A stretch of 64,000 bases of DNA from Eledone cirrhosa (taxonomy: Eukaryota), in the NCBI GenBank assembly GCA_964016885.1, contig CAXHJY010000264.1:496001-560000 (forward strand). The letters run 5' to 3'. Below the pieces are notes generated by a model. The model worked only from the letters and a program-made list of their open reading frames with translations. It was not told the DNA's origin and did no database searches. Shown here piece by piece: positions 60,101-64,000 of this stretch. A program made the position numbers and the translations under genes. Position 1 is the stretch's first letter. Every line of letters begins with the position of its first letter.

Positions 60101-63100
60101 TTATACCTACTTTCTCTCTCAGTCCATCCATACACATCACATATCTATACCAGCAGTCTCCTCTCCTACACACTACAAGTGATTCCTCTTATACGTAGTT
60201 TCTCTCTCCATCCATACACATCACATGTCTATACCAACACAGTCTCCTCTCCTACACACTACATCTGATACCTCTTATTCCATACACATCACATGTCTAT
60301 ACCAACACAGTCTCTTCTCCTACACACTGCATCTGATTCCTCTTATAGTTAGTTTTCTCCCAGTTCATCCATACACATCACATGTCTATACCAACAGTCT
60401 CCTCTCCTACACACTACATCTGATTCCTCTTATACCTAGTTTCTCTCCCAGTTCATCCATACACATTACATGTCTATACCAACACAGTCTCCTCTCCTAC
60501 ACACTACATCTGATTCCTCTTATACCTAGTTTCTCTCCCAGTTCATCCATACACATCACATGTCTATACCAATACAGTCTCCTCTCCTACACACTACATC
60601 TGATTCCTCTTATACCTAGTCTCTCTCTCAGTTCATCCATACACATCACATGTCTATAGCAACACAGTCTTCTCTCCTACACACTACATATGATTCCTCT
60701 TATACCTAGTTTCTCTCTCCATCCATACACATCACATGTCTATACCAGCACAGTCTCCTCTCCTACACACTACATCTGATTCCTCTGATACCTAGTTTCT
60801 CTCTCCATCCATACACATCACATGTCTATACCAACAGTCTCCTCTCCTACACACTACATCTGATTCCTCTTATACCTAGTTTCTCTCTCCATCCATACAC
60901 ATCACATGTCTATACCAACAGTCTCCTCTCCTACACACTACATCTGATTCCTCTTATACTTAGTTTTTCTCCCAGTTCATCCATACACATCACATGTCTA
61001 TACCAACAGTCTCCTCTCCTACACACTACATCTGATACCTCTTATACCTAGTTTCTCTCTCCATCCATACACATCACATGTCTATACCAACGCAGTCTCC
61101 TCTCCTACACACTACATCTGATTCCTCTTATACCTAGTCTCTCTCTCAGTTCATCCATACACATCACATGTCTATACCAACATAGTCTCCTCTCCTACAC
61201 ACTACATCTGATTCCTCTTATACCTAGTTTCTCTCTCAGTTCATCCATACACATCACATGTCTATACCAGTACAGTCTCCTCTCCTACATCTGATTCCTC
61301 TTATACCTAGTTTCTCTGTCAGTCCATCCATACACATCACATGTCTATACCAGCAGTCTCCTCTCCTACACACTACATCTGATTCCTCTTATACCTAGTT
61401 TCTCTCTCCATCCATACACATCACATGTCATCTCCTACACACTACATCTGATTCCTCTTATGCCTAGTTTCTCTCTCAGTTCATCCATACACATCACATG
61501 TCTATACCAATACAGTCTCCTCTCCTACACACTACATCTGATTCCTCTTATACCTAGTTTCTCTCTCAGTCCATCCATACACATCACATGTCTATACCAA
61601 CACAGTCTCCTCTCCTACATCTGATTCCTCTTATACCTAGTTTCTCTCTCAGTCCATCCATACATATCACATTTCTATACCAGCAGTCTCCTCTCCTACA
61701 CACTACATGTGATTCCTCTTATACCTAGTTTCTCTCTCCATCCATACACATCACATGTCATCTCCTACACACTACATCTGATTCCTCTTATACCTAGTTT
61801 CTCTCTCAGTTCATCCATACACATCACATGTCTATACCAATACAGTCTCCTCTCCTACACACTACATCTGATTCCTCTTATACCTAGTTTCTCTCTCAGT
61901 CCATCCATACACATCACATGTCTATACCAATACAGTCTCCTCTCCTACCCACTACATCTGATTCCTCTTATACCTAGTTTCTCTCTCGGTTCATCCATAC
62001 ACATCACATGTTTATACCAACACAGTCTCCTCTCCTACACACTACATCTGATTCCTCTTATACCTAGTTTCTCTCCCAGTTCATCCATACACATCACATG
62101 TCTATACCAACAGTCTCCTCTCCTACACACTACATCTGATACCTCTTATACCTAGTTTCTCTCTCCATCCATACACATCACATGTCTATACCAACGCAGT
62201 CTCCTCTCCTACACACTACATCTGATTCCTCTTATACCTAGTTTCTCTCTCAGTTCATCCATACACATCACATGTCTATACCAACATAGTCTCCTCTCCT
62301 ACACACTACATCTGATTCCTCTTATACCTAGTTTCTCTCTCAGTTCATCCATACACATCACATGTCTATACCAACACAGTCTCCTCTCCTACATCTGATT
62401 CCTCTTATACCTAGTTTCTCTCTCAGTCCATCCATACACATCACATGTCTATACCAGCAGTCTCCTCTCCTACACACTACATGTGATTCCTCTTATACCT
62501 AGTTTCTCTCTCCATCCATACACATCACATGTCATCTCCTACACACTACATCTGATTCCTCTTATACCTAGTTTCTCACTCAGTCCATCCATTCACATCA
62601 CATGTCTATACCAACACAGTCTCCTCTCCTACCCACTACATCTGATTCCTCTTATACCTAATCTCTCTCTTAGTTCAACCATTCACATCACATGTCTATA
62701 CCAACACAGTCTCCTCTCCTACATCTGATTCCTCTTATACCTAGTTTCTCTCTCAGTTCATCCATACACATCACATGTCTATACCAACACAGTCTCCTCT
62801 CCTACACACTACACCTGATTTCTCTTATACTTCGTTTCTTTCCCAGTCCATCCATACACATCACATGTCTATACCAATACAGTCTCCTCTCCTACCCACT
62901 ACATCTGATTCCTCTTATACCTAGTTTCTCTCTCGGTTCATCCATACACGTCACATGTTTATACCAACACAGTCTCCTCCCCTACACACTACATCTGATT
63001 CCTCTTATACCTAGTTTCTCTCTCCATCCATACACATCACATGTCTATACCAACGCAGTCTCCTCTCCTACACACTACATCTGATTCCTCTTATTCCATA

Positions 63101-64000
63101 CACATCATATGTCTATACCAACACAGTCTCCTCTCCTACACACTGCATCTGATTCCTCTTATACTTAGTTTTCTCCCAGTTCATCCATACACATCACATG
63201 TCTATACCAACAGTCTCCTCTCCTACACACTACATCTGATTCCTCTTATACCTAGTTTCTCTCTACATCCATACACATCACATGTCTATACCAACACAGT
63301 CTCCTCTCCTACACACTACATCTGATTCCTCTTATACCTAGTTTCTCTCCCAGTTCATCCATACACATTACATGTCTATACCAACACAGTCTCCTCTCCT
63401 ACACAATACATCTGATTCCTCTTATACCTAGTTTCTCTCTCAGTTCATCCATACACATCACATGTCTATACCAACAGTCTCCTCTCCTACACACTACATC
63501 TGATTCCTCTTATACCTAGTTTCTCTCTCATTTCATCCATACACATCACATGTTTATACCAGCACAGTCTCCTCTCCTACACACTACATCTGATTCCTCT
63601 TATACCTAGTCTCTCTCTCAGTTCATCCATACACATCACATGTCTGTACCAACACAGTCTCCTCTCATACACACTACATTTGAATCCTCTTATACCTTGT
63701 TTCTCTCTTAGTTCAACCATACGCATCACATGTCTATACCAACAGTCTCCTCTCCTACACATTACATCTGATTCCTCTTATACCTAATCTCTCTCTTAGT
63801 TCAACCATTCACATCACATGTCTATACCAACACAGTCTCCTCTCCTACATCTGATTCCTCTTATACCTAGTTTCTCTCTCAGTTCATCCATACACATCAC
63901 ATGTCTATACCAACACAGTCTCCTCTCCTACACACTACACCTGATTTCTCTTATACTTCGTTTCTTTCCCAGTTCATCCATACACATCACATGTCCATAC
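54135..64000 (+). repeat. Near-perfect 5230-bp tandem duplication (second unit cut by the window end)
   Basis: Constant offset of 5230 for 54324/59554, 54565/59795, 54995/60225, 56479/61709, 57253/62483, 57462/62692, 57811/63041 and 58347/63577. Confidence 0.93.

Larger units (their letters stand above)
1..64000 (+). repeat. 90-bp satellite DNA tandem array, single orientation, running off both window ends and interrupted only by six LINE fragments
   Basis: The same 90-bp unit recurs head-to-tail throughout (e.g. the CACATCACATGTCTATACCAAC and CTGATTCCTCTTATACCTAG motifs every 82-90 bp). Counted consensus composition is A23 C32 G5 T30. Confidence 0.99.

Noticed and set aside
896-63325. Dozens of + strand ORFs with repeats such as HITCLYQHSLLSYTLHLIPLIPSFSLSSSI (up to 196 aa at 48306-48896)
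   Set aside because: The monomer is 90 bp (30 codons) and G-poor, with one stop-free frame by chance. Frequent -2/-4/-8 deletions shift frames freely, showing no selection for coding.
50936-63762. Five identical 61-aa minus-strand ORFs (MCRRGDCWYRHV...)
   Set aside because: These are antisense readings of a variant two-monomer satellite cassette in which point changes removed stops. They are useful only as duplication markers.
1-64000. CRISPR-like regular repeats
   Set aside because: There are no unique spacers, since the whole unit repeats, and there are no cas genes or leader.
1-64000. Telomeric repeat or tandem RNA-gene array (5S, tRNA, snRNA)
   Set aside because: There are no TTAGG/TTAGGG-type tandem runs, no recognisable Pol III boxes, and a 5-G monomer cannot form the required secondary structures.

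Overview
The window is a eukaryotic-type satellite DNA array in a single orientation. It consists of roughly 680-700 head-to-tail copies of a 90-bp monomer (consensus ATACACATCACATGTCTATACCAACACAGTCTCCTCTCCTACACACTACATCTGATTCCTCTTATACCTAGTTTCTCTCTCAGTTCATCC), with recurrent 65-88 bp deletion variants. The only non-satellite DNA is six near-identical ~645-bp inserts (1827, 5621, 9145, 12931, 14718, 21160). Each is the 3' end of a CR1-clade non-LTR retrotransposon on the minus strand: ORF2 C-terminus, 3' UTR and (ATT)n tail. All six share the same 5' truncation point and flanks, so they come from one insertion later amplified inside multi-kb higher-order repeats. The LINE 3' UTR is itself duplicated, with a relic tail between the two copies. 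The monomer looks like an old dimer. The array shows spatially ordered variant domains and recent 3977-bp and 5230-bp tandem duplications. No intact protein-coding gene, RNA gene or CRISPR array is supported, and nearly all ORFs in the track are artefacts of the 90-bp (30-codon) period. I cannot establish the host taxon from this window.
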